DNA from: Candidatus Gottesmanbacteria bacterium
GTDB lineage: Bacteria; Patescibacteriota; Microgenomatia; UBA10105; UBA927
Reading direction: 5' to 3'
Length of the DNA: 64,000 nt
Assembly: GCA_023245335.1 (NCBI GenBank)
Contig: JAHFKK010000001.1
Span: 872,019-936,018, forward strand
Below, piece after piece: positions 9,230-17,424 of the stretch. The first letter of the stretch is position 1, and each line of letters starts with the position of its first letter. The translations under genes were made by a program, and so were the position numbers. Under the pieces are notes generated by a model. It ran no database searches, was not told the origin of the DNA, and saw only the letters and a list, made by a program, of their open reading frames with translations.

Positions 9230-9469
9230 GTGACACATAGAAGAAAAACAATGATGCATCATTTAGAGGTATTGGCGAGCGGAAAAGAAGGGCCGGGTTA
9301 TCAGATAAGTCCGAAGCTTCTCAACTCAACGGTTTTTTTAGAATGGAGGAGGAATCTCGTCCACTCCGGGACGAATGAACACAGACAACGGATGAGCCTG
9401 CTTGTCGGAGACAAACGGGTCAGAGAGGCATTGGACCTCAATGTTCTGGAAGGGAATCACGGTTCATAA
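9230..9469 (+). CDS. Hypothetical small protein (79 aa) between rplT and pheS.
   Basis: GTG start preceded by AGGAGG 9 nt upstream. Flanked by a terminator upstream and a long hairpin downstream. No recognisable domain. Confidence 0.3.
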   Translation: MTHRRKTMMHHLEVLASGKEGPGYQISPKLLNSTVFLEWRRNLVHSGTNEHRQRMSLLVGDKRVREALDLNVLEGNHGS

Positions 9470-9482
9470 GGGAATCAAAAAA

Positions 9483-9539
9483 AGAAGAGGGCCCGGCCGG
9501 CCCGCTTCGACTCAACGAGGCGAGCAGGCGGGCCCTCTT
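9483..9539 (+). other. Long GC-rich imperfect hairpin (about 57 nt, 12-bp outer stem GAAGAGGGCCCG/CGGGCCCTCTTC), possibly a terminator or 3' stabiliser.
   Basis: The inverted repeat ends 2 nt before the pheS -35 box. Only a short T-tract follows it. Confidence 0.45.
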
Positions 9540-9540
9540 C

Positions 9541-9570
9541 TTGCCAAGATTGTAGCGCGAAACGTACAAT
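9541..9570 (+). promoter_or_regulatory. Sigma70-like promoter for pheST (TTGCCA, 18 nt, TACAAT).
   Basis: -35 at 9541-9546 and -10 at 9565-9570, 12 nt before the pheS ATG at 9583. Confidence 0.45.
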
Positions 9571-9582
9571 GATTATATTGGT

Positions 9583-11418
9583 ATGACTGATCTAATATAT
9601 CTTACGGACAGTTATCAAAAGGAGCTAAAAACCAAAGTGGTAAGCGCCGAAAAGCGCGGAAACCTTTGGGAGGTGGTACTCGCGTCAACCGTTTTCTATC
9701 CCGAAGGCGGGGGTCAGCCGTCAGATCGCGGAACCATAACAACGAAAAACGGTAAAGCTCACGTAAAACACGTACGAATGAAGGGAGAACTGGTTATCCA
9801 TGAGTGCACACTCGAAGGTATGCTAAAGCCGGACGACGATGTGCAATGCGTGATCGACTGGAACCTCCGCTATCATAACATGCGCGTCCACAGTGCCGGC
9901 CATATCGTGCATGAAGCAATCAAAAAAATCTCACCATCCCTTCTCCCGAAAAAAGGTCACCACATGGACTCTGCCTATATCGAATATGCCGGCAGTTTAC
10001 CGATAGACAAAAAATATGCCATCGAACAGGAATCAAATACTATCGTGGGAGACAAGCTTCCCCTAAAAACAGAGCTTGTCACACTTGCAGAACTCCAAAG
10101 ACGAAGCCCATGGGCACCCGAACACTTACCCAAAAACAAACCACTCCGTATATTATCGATCGGTGATTTGGCTCCTATCCCCGACGGCGGCACACAGGTA
10201 AAAACTAGCGATGAGGTCGGGCCCATCACAATCACCAATATAGATAACGCAGGAGACGTAGTTCGGGTATATTACAGTATACAAACTGAAGGACCGAAGG
10301 AAGCGAGTATTGAGTCGGAAAATTCGATGAAGGCTCCTGCATTTATCGGCCTTTTGCTGGAAGCACAACAAAATGCAATCCGTGAAATGGAAACGAGCGA
10401 TGCTTCCGCATTCGAACTCCGTTTGCAGCTCCTGGGACCTAAAAGCGAACTGACGGCGCTCACCCGTCAAATGCGGCAGGTCCCTGCGGCAGACCGTCAA
10501 CAGGTAGGCATAGTGGTGAATCAGGTAAAAAAGGCAATTGAGGAAAAACTGACCGAACGCAAAACTCCCTCTTCTTCGCCAAACAAGACACCGACCATTG
10601 GTACGGCACGCACCGACACATTTGACGTCACCATGCCCGGTATACGGCCGCCGGCTGGGCACCTCCATATAGTGAGCCAGGCAATCATGGAAATTACCCG
10701 CATTTTCGAACGCATCGGCTTCACCCGAGTGCGATACCCAGAAGCTGATTGGGACTGGTATGCATTCGAGTCTCTGAATATGCCCGTAAATCATCCAGCC
10801 CGAGATGAATGGGAGACATTTTTCATCGACTATCCCGGCAAACCGGGCAAAGACCCGCATAAACAAAAGATGGTTCTGACGCCACATACTTCAAACGGTC
10901 AGGTCCGCGAAATGGAAAAGGGGAACCTCCCCATACGCATGATCAATATAGCCAAATGTTACCGGCGCCAGATAGACGTCTCTCATACGCCCATGTTTCA
11001 CCAATTTGAGGGATTGTATGTCGATAAAAATGTCTCTATAGCGCACCTCAAAGGGGTCTTTGATTATTTCGCCGGAGCTTTTTTCGGGCCGGGCCGCAAA
11101 ACGCGCTTACGGCCGTTTCATTTCCAGTTTACCGAACCGTCATTTGAAGTAGACATCACCTGCGGCATCTGCAATGGCACCGGGATACTCGCAGGCGGCA
11201 CAAAATGCCGCTTATGTAAGTCCGGCTGGCTGGAACTGGGCGGCTCCGGCATGGTGCACCCAAACGTTCTTCGAAACGGCGGCATCGATCCTGACGTCTA
11301 CTCGGGATTTGCGTTCGGTTGGGGAGTAGAGCGGACCGCAATGATGAAATCAGGAACACAACTTGATGATATCCGATTGCTTTACGATAACGACGTACGG
11401 TTTTTGGAACAATTTTAA
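9583..11418 (+). CDS. pheS: Phenylalanyl-tRNA synthetase alpha subunit fused to an N-terminal AlaX-M-like (AlaRS/ThrRS-type editing, tRNA_SAD) domain.
   Basis: Residues 1-235 carry FYPEGGGQPSDRG (AlaRS/AlaX beta-barrel signature) and HSAGHIVH (HxxxH). The second zinc motif is degenerate (DGGTQ in place of CxxxH). Residues from about 260 onward are a complete PheS: coiled coil, HPARDEWETFF, motifs 2/3 FRxE and GFAFGWGVERTAMM. 611 aa versus the usual 340. Confidence 0.8.
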   Translation: MTDLIYLTDSYQKELKTKVVSAEKRGNLWEVVLASTVFYPEGGGQPSDRGTITTKNGKAHVKHVRMKGELVIHECTLEGMLKPDDDVQCVIDWNLRYHNMRVHSAGHIVHEAIKKISPSLLPKKGHHMDSAYIEYAGSLPIDKKYAIEQESNTIVGDKLPLKTELVTLAELQRRSPWAPEHLPKNKPLRILSIGDLAPIPDGGTQVKTSDEVGPITITNIDNAGDVVRVYYSIQTEGPKEASIESENSMKAPAFIGLLLEAQQNAIREMETSDASAFELRLQLLGPKSELTALTRQMRQVPAADRQQVGIVVNQVKKAIEEKLTERKTPSSSPNKTPTIGTARTDTFDVTMPGIRPPAGHLHIVSQAIMEITRIFERIGFTRVRYPEADWDWYAFESLNMPVNHPARDEWETFFIDYPGKPGKDPHKQKMVLTPHTSNGQVREMEKGNLPIRMINIAKCYRRQIDVSHTPMFHQFEGLYVDKNVSIAHLKGVFDYFAGAFFGPGRKTRLRPFHFQFTEPSFEVDITCGICNGTGILAGGTKCRLCKSGWLELGGSGMVHPNVLRNGGIDPDVYSGFAFGWGVERTAMMKSGTQLDDIRLLYDNDVRFLEQF

Positions 11419-11420
11419 CC

Positions 11421-13442
11421 ATGAACATCCTGGTACCCGATAGCTGGCTGAGAAAATTTTTGAAGACGAAGGCAACGCCATCGCAACTGAAGGAGTATCT
11501 CTCCTTGTGTGGTCCATCGGTTGAACGGATTTACGAGGAGTCAGGCGAGCCAGTGTATGACATAGAAATTACGACCAACCGCCCGGACGCAATGTCCGTC
11601 TTTGGCGTCGCCCGGGAAGCTTCCGTCATCCTGCCGCGGTTTGGTGTCGCAGCGACGCTCCTTCATGATCCCTATGCGACCAAATCTCTGAAGGATAAAA
11701 CGGTCAAATCGGATACCGCGCTTTCCGTCACGACTGATCCTTCCCTCAATCCGCGATGGACCAGTGTCATTATAAAAAATACTACGGTGAAGGACTCTCC
11801 GAAATGGCTTACGGACTGGCTGACCAAAACCGGCATCCGGCCCATAAATACCATCGTTGATGTCACGAACTACCTCATGCGGGCCTATGGCCAACCCGCA
11901 CACGCATTTGACTATGATCGCATCGGCAAAAAAAATGGCGTGCCGACCATGAAATTGCGCGCGTCCAAAAAGGGAGAACGGCTCACCACGCTCGATGGAA
12001 AAACTCATACGCTACCGGGTGACGACATCGTGATTGAAGACGGTACCGGAAGACTTATCGACCTATGCGGCATCATGGGAGGGGACAATTCAAGCATCAC
12101 TGACACGACGACAAGCGTTATCCTGTTTCTTCAGACCTACGATGCCGCCCATATCCGCAGGACATCCATGAAACTTGGGCACCGCACCGAGGCTGCATCG
12201 CTCTTTGAAAAAGGAGTAGACAGCGAGCTTGTTTTACCGGCTCTCCTTACCGGCATCACACTACTTAAAGAAATAGCAGGAGGCACGACTGAAGGTCCGA
12301 TCTATGATCTGTATCCCTCGCCGTACAAACCATATGCGGTATCCGTCAAGCACGACAAGGTACATAGCTATATCGGTAGAGCGTTATCTGACAAAGAAAT
12401 CACGGCGATCCTTTCTTCATTGGGTTTCGAACCCAAGATAACGAAAACAGACATAACGGTTTCCGTACCGAGTTTTCGCCGTGATGTCGCGCTCGATGTC
12501 GACGTCATCGAAGAAATTGCACGGATATACGGATACCACAACATACAAAATCGTCTGCCCCAGGGGGAGATGCCTTCGGCCGGTACTGATAACGAACTCA
12601 CGTGGGAAGAGGAAGTCAAAACGCGTCTCCGCGACTGGGGATTTACCGAACTTATTACGTACTCGATGATATCCGAAAAAACTATGGATCTGTTTGAGCA
12701 GGACAAAAATAAGGCGTACAAAATAAGCAATCCGCTATCAGTTGATTGGGTGTATATGCGCCCTCATCTCATACTAAGTATGCTCGATGTCGTACGGCAA
12801 AACCTGAATACACGGCCCCAATTACGGCTGTTCGAACTTGGAAACGTCTATAAATACCGCCACAACGACTTACCGCTTGAGGTGCCGACGCTTATGGTCA
12901 TTTGGACCGGACGTCATTTTCTGAAAGCAAAGGGGCTTGCCGAATCACTCCTCAATCTTTTCGGGCTTGACCCGGACGCCGTCTTTGCGGAACGGAGTGA
13001 CCAGCCTCTCGCATGGTACAACGACCGGAGACTATCCATCGGCCCATTCGGTTCGCTCGGGGAATTAAGCGACGAAAAACTTGCCGCTGCAGGAATTAAG
13101 GCACCGGTTACACGCGTGTATTTGGATTTTGCCATGCTCGCGGCTCACGCAAAATCCATGAAAAAATACATCACGGTGCCCAAGCATCCGCCGTCTGTTG
13201 AGGATCTTGCGTTTATCGTACCTGGCGGCTTTGCCATAGGTCCTCTCATGACGGCGCTCAAACACGCGGATCCGAAAGTATGCGCGGTAGAGCTTCTTGA
13301 CATACACGACAGCACACGCACGTTACACATCACCTATCTCGATCCCGCAAAAACGCTGACGAGCGATGATATTGCCGGGATCAGGAGAAAATTACTTGAT
13401 GTCGCGAAGAAAAAGTTTCACATCGACCTGAAAACGAATTAA
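11421..13442 (+). CDS. pheT: Phenylalanyl-tRNA synthetase beta subunit, short form lacking the B2/EMAP OB-fold tRNA-binding domain.
   Basis: The B1 domain (ITTNRPDAMSVFGVAREASV) begins near residue 40 with no intervening OB-fold. B3/B4, B5, B6/7 and the C-terminal FDX-ACB-like domain are present. 673 aa versus about 800. Confidence 0.8.
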   Translation: MNILVPDSWLRKFLKTKATPSQLKEYLSLCGPSVERIYEESGEPVYDIEITTNRPDAMSVFGVAREASVILPRFGVAATLLHDPYATKSLKDKTVKSDTALSVTTDPSLNPRWTSVIIKNTTVKDSPKWLTDWLTKTGIRPINTIVDVTNYLMRAYGQPAHAFDYDRIGKKNGVPTMKLRASKKGERLTTLDGKTHTLPGDDIVIEDGTGRLIDLCGIMGGDNSSITDTTTSVILFLQTYDAAHIRRTSMKLGHRTEAASLFEKGVDSELVLPALLTGITLLKEIAGGTTEGPIYDLYPSPYKPYAVSVKHDKVHSYIGRALSDKEITAILSSLGFEPKITKTDITVSVPSFRRDVALDVDVIEEIARIYGYHNIQNRLPQGEMPSAGTDNELTWEEEVKTRLRDWGFTELITYSMISEKTMDLFEQDKNKAYKISNPLSVDWVYMRPHLILSMLDVVRQNLNTRPQLRLFELGNVYKYRHNDLPLEVPTLMVIWTGRHFLKAKGLAESLLNLFGLDPDAVFAERSDQPLAWYNDRRLSIGPFGSLGELSDEKLAAAGIKAPVTRVYLDFAMLAAHAKSMKKYITVPKHPPSVEDLAFIVPGGFAIGPLMTALKHADPKVCAVELLDIHDSTRTLHITYLDPAKTLTSDDIAGIRRKLLDVAKKKFHIDLKTN

Positions 13443-16033
13443 GGAGTGGGAGCAGGAGCAGACGTCGGGGTCGCATATGCCTGGTTCACCCCGATATGGA
13501 CATCCCGGTCTGACGACGTGCCTCGTTTATCCACAGCATGAACATGTATCGTGTACTGCCCGTTGGACACGTTGAATGATTGGGAAAAATTCTTGTCCGA
13601 CGACTCTTTCGTTGTCCCATTCATGGTGACCTGAACCTTATCTATGTCGGCTGTCGAAATGACCTCGCCGGTAACCGTCACATTGTTATCACTTACCTGG
13701 CTCTGATCTGACGGAGATTTGATATTGATGACGATCTGGTTCGTGCCGTTATAGGTGTCCGTCGGCGGCTTGTATTTACCGTTGTCGCCCAAACCGTTTA
13801 TCCAGGCATTAATTGCGTCCTGCCAGCGGTTTTTGCCGTCGCCGGACACGGGATCGTCTTCTTTAAATACAATGAAATCCTTTTGATCATAATCGCCGGT
13901 CGCAACTTCCACGGGATTAGCAAGCTTACTCGAATCGTGATGGGAAATCTTGAGTTTCTGATAGATGACTGCTGGCCCCGTGGGTTCCGTTCCTTTGACA
14001 AAATATTCCTTTCGTTTCGGCTGTCCGTCTACCGGCAACCCGCCGCCGTAGCCGTCTATGTCCATTTGTATGACAGTATCCGGCTGAGTGAATGGCGCGT
14101 CGGGCAAATCTTTAATCGCGGCTTTCATAATCCGGTTCCAGATGGGGGCGGCACCGGTAATGCCGGAGGCAAGCGCAGGATTCATAGGAGAATTATCGTT
14201 ATTACCGACCCACGTCACGACCACCCGGTCTTTGGTGTATCCTGCGGTCCAGTTATCCCGCTTGTCATCCGTCGTACCGGTTTTGGCAGCGACCGTGCGG
14301 CCGGGAATCACTAAGTAGGAATTTGGTCCGAATTCGTCTTTCCTGGCGTCGTTATCAGAAAGAATCGATGAAATGATATAAGGAATAGACGGATCAAGGA
14401 CTTGCCTCGGAGGTGTCTGTTTATACTCATAGAGTATTTTCCCTTTCGTATCGGTCACTTTCAGAATCGCGACAGGGTCCATACGGTTGCCACCGGTCGC
14501 AAGAGTCCCGTATGCGACCGCTTCATCGATCATATGCACTTCAGCTCCACCCAAAGGAAGCGAGAGCCCGACACGCTTAAGCATTTCATCGGTCGGTTGC
14601 CAGGTGGACACTCCCATGTCGTACCCTAACTTCAGAATGTCCTTGACCCCGACGAGCGCCGTCATTTTCACTGCGACAGTGTTTATGGAATTGCCCAACG
14701 CATACCGCATTTGTATAGGCCCGCGGAATTTCCCGTCATAATTTTTGGGCTCATATTCCGGCTTCGTTGGATCCCCGGAAGGATATTTGGTATCGACATC
14801 CATAAGGAGGGCAGAAGCGGTGTATCCCTTGGAAAGGGCGGCCGCATAAATAATAGGTTTGAGCGACGAACCGGGCTGACGCTCCGCCTGAATAGCAACG
14901 TTATACTTGAGCCCCGAGCTATCGGTCGAGCTATAGTCTTTACTTCCCACCATGGCCAGAATTTCTCCCGTGTTGGGATTCAAAACGAGCGCGGCTCCGT
15001 TACTTACTTTCAATTTTTTTGCTTTATCGACTTCTTCACGGACTACGGTTTGTGCGGCTTCCTGCAAGTTCCAGTCAAGAGTAGTTGTCACCGTGAGACC
15101 GCCGGCATTCACTATTTTTTCACCTAACTGCTGTATCAACAACTCTTTGACGTACTGGACGAAATGCGGCGCCCGCAAATCCGAACCAGGAGAGGAGAAT
15201 GTAAGTGAAGGCAACGCATTATCCGCCTGTACTTCCTGAGACGCAGTAATATACCCGTCTTCCCGCATACGGCGAAGCACGTGCTGAGCTCTCGCAATGT
15301 ACGCTTTCGCATCACCGGTAAACGGCGAATAATAACTCGGGGACTGAGGAAGACCCGCGAGGACCGCACACTGTACCAGCGTCAGATCCTTGACCGGTTT
15401 GCCGAAATAGTCTTCTGCCGCAGCCTTCACTCCCGCAGCAGTCCCTCCATACGGCGCTTCATTGAGGTACATGAGAAGAATGTCGTTTTTGCTGTATTTA
15501 CGCTCGATTTGGATCGCGAGGATAGCCTCTTTTATCTTGCGGGGGAGTGTGCGTTCCTGTGACAAAAGAACTGTTTTCACGAGTTGTTGCGTAAGCGTTG
15601 AACCGCCCTGAAGAACTCCACCTGAAAAAACGTTGCTTAAAAGCGCACGGATGATGCCGGTCGTTGATAATCCCTGATGCTTATAGAAATCTTTATCTTC
15701 GACCGCGACCGTTGCATCCCTCAAGTATTGCGGTACTTCATCCCAGGCCGCCGGTATACGGTCGGCCTCCTGGAATATGTCATACAGCTTCACACCGTTT
15801 CTATCCAAAACGACAGTCGAAAGCCCTGTCGTCCGCTGCACTTTATCCGGTCGGGGAAGATCGCGCGAATACCAGGCAAAGAGCCCGATGACAAATATGA
15901 TGCCGACGACAAATGCGATGAATCCGCCGTAGACCAAACGGCTTATGAGGGTAATTCGTGCAGTTCTCGTTCCAAAAAGCTTTCGGCGCTGGCGATCGAG
16001 GTAGAAATCAAACATTTGAACCACATCCTTCAT
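13439..16033 (-). CDS. Class A penicillin-binding protein (bifunctional glycosyltransferase/transpeptidase) with a C-terminal Ig-like extension.
   Basis: GT51 motifs EDKDFYKHQG and GGSTLTQQLVK. Transpeptidase motifs SSLKP (SxxK) and KTGTT. N-terminal TM anchor. The ORF is open to 16114, but starting there would overlap the divergent tyrS; the MKDVV start at about 16033 is preferred. Confidence 0.8.
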   Translation of the reverse strand: MKDVVQMFDFYLDRQRRKLFGTRTARITLISRLVYGGFIAFVVGIIFVIGLFAWYSRDLPRPDKVQRTTGLSTVVLDRNGVKLYDIFQEADRIPAAWDEVPQYLRDATVAVEDKDFYKHQGLSTTGIIRALLSNVFSGGVLQGGSTLTQQLVKTVLLSQERTLPRKIKEAILAIQIERKYSKNDILLMYLNEAPYGGTAAGVKAAAEDYFGKPVKDLTLVQCAVLAGLPQSPSYYSPFTGDAKAYIARAQHVLRRMREDGYITASQEVQADNALPSLTFSSPGSDLRAPHFVQYVKELLIQQLGEKIVNAGGLTVTTTLDWNLQEAAQTVVREEVDKAKKLKVSNGAALVLNPNTGEILAMVGSKDYSSTDSSGLKYNVAIQAERQPGSSLKPIIYAAALSKGYTASALLMDVDTKYPSGDPTKPEYEPKNYDGKFRGPIQMRYALGNSINTVAVKMTALVGVKDILKLGYDMGVSTWQPTDEMLKRVGLSLPLGGAEVHMIDEAVAYGTLATGGNRMDPVAILKVTDTKGKILYEYKQTPPRQVLDPSIPYIISSILSDNDARKDEFGPNSYLVIPGRTVAAKTGTTDDKRDNWTAGYTKDRVVVTWVGNNDNSPMNPALASGITGAAPIWNRIMKAAIKDLPDAPFTQPDTVIQMDIDGYGGGLPVDGQPKRKEYFVKGTEPTGPAVIYQKLKISHHDSSKLANPVEVATGDYDQKDFIVFKEDDPVSGDGKNRWQDAINAWINGLGDNGKYKPPTDTYNGTNQIVINIKSPSDQSQVSDNNVTVTGEVISTADIDKVQVTMNGTTKESSDKNFSQSFNVSNGQYTIHVHAVDKRGTSSDRDVHIGVNQAYATPTSAPAPTP

Positions 16034-16096
16034 TGTAGCTACGATTGACAAAAATGACAAATTACGGAGGAAATATGGTATAGTGAATACGATTCT

Positions 16097-17293
16097 ATGG
16101 ATGCAATTGATCATCTACTTACACGCGGTGTCGATAGCATATACCCCAACCGTGAAGCGCTGGAAAAAGTACTTCGGAGCGGCAGGAAACTCCGGCTTTA
16201 CCAGGGATTTGATCCTACCGGCCCGCAGCTTCATATCGGACACGCGGTGGCGCTGCGAAAACTTCGGGAATTCCAGAAATTAGGCCATCACGTGATATTT
16301 TTGATCGGTGATTTCACAGGTATGATCGGGGATCCGACCGGTAAACTCTCGGACCGAAAAATTTTAACAAAAGAAACGGTGTCGGAAAATGCAAGAACAT
16401 ACAAAGAGCAGGCGTCCAGAATTCTTAAATTTGACGGCGACAATCCGGTAGAAATACTTCATAACAGCGACTGGTTAGGAAAAATGCCGGCGTTTGAATT
16501 TTTGCGAATCGCAAATCTCTTGTCCGTTCAACAAGTGGTCGAACGGGATATGTTTCAGGAACGCATAAAAAAGGACCAGGATATATTTATGAATGAGTTC
16601 CTGTATCCGGTTCTGCAGGCCTATGATTCGGTAGCTATGAACGTCGATCTTGAGATCGGGGGCTCGGACCAGATGTTTAACATGATGATGGGGCGAAAAC
16701 TCATGCGTCACATGCTTAAGAAAGAAAAATTTGTCATGACCGTGCCATTGTTAACTGACGCGAATGGAGTCAAAATCGGCAAAACAGAAGGGAACGTCAT
16801 CGGTTTGACGGATGCCCCAAATGAATTTTACGGCAAGATTATGTCATTGGGAGATGATGCCATCATTCCGTGCTTTAGGCTTTTAAGCGATGCCTCAGAT
16901 TTGGAAATCAACGCTATGAAAAAGAGCGTGTTGGCTGGAGAAAACCCAATGAACTTTAAAAAGAAACTGGCTTTTGAACTTACCAAGCAATTCAATTCGG
17001 AAAAAGAGGCAGCAGTCGCGCAGGAGGAATTTGAAACCCGTTTCCAAAAAGGCCAAATTTCGGAGGCGGCACTCCCGACCATGTCCATGAATTCCATGAA
17101 AACGAACTCATCGATCGTCGAGTCTCTTGTTTCTCTGGGGCTCGTCTCTAGTAAATCCGATGCTAAGCGCCTGATCGAGCAAAAAGCAGTCAAAGTAAAT
17201 GGGGGAGTCGTCGCGACATTTAAAGATGCCGCGAAACTTAAGCCGGGGGATACGGTTGAAGTTGGCCGGAAAGCTGTTAAAATAGTTTCTTGA
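16097..17293 (+). CDS. tyrS: Tyrosyl-tRNA synthetase.
   Basis: HIGH motif (QLHIGHAV), KIGKT (KMSKS-like), and a C-terminal S4 domain. Confidence 0.8.
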   Translation: MDAIDHLLTRGVDSIYPNREALEKVLRSGRKLRLYQGFDPTGPQLHIGHAVALRKLREFQKLGHHVIFLIGDFTGMIGDPTGKLSDRKILTKETVSENARTYKEQASRILKFDGDNPVEILHNSDWLGKMPAFEFLRIANLLSVQQVVERDMFQERIKKDQDIFMNEFLYPVLQAYDSVAMNVDLEIGGSDQMFNMMMGRKLMRHMLKKEKFVMTVPLLTDANGVKIGKTEGNVIGLTDAPNEFYGKIMSLGDDAIIPCFRLLSDASDLEINAMKKSVLAGENPMNFKKKLAFELTKQFNSEKEAAVAQEEFETRFQKGQISEAALPTMSMNSMKTNSSIVESLVSLGLVSSKSDAKRLIEQKAVKVNGGVVATFKDAAKLKPGDTVEVGRKAVKIVS

Positions 17294-17424
17294 TATGAAC
17301 TTCTTCCGCAAACACGAAAAATTTTGGAAAGTGGTCGTCGTCATAGCATCCGTCGCGCTTATCCTGTCGTCCTTTATCCCGCTTCTTGCGGGCGGACTCC
17401 GGTAATTCGCGATATAATCTCCTC

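Noticed and set aside
9230-9469. Phe-codon attenuator leader peptide (pheL-like) upstream of pheS.
   Set aside because: The 79-aa ORF contains a single Phe and no Phe run. It also has its own strong Shine-Dalgarno and is far longer than attenuator peptides.
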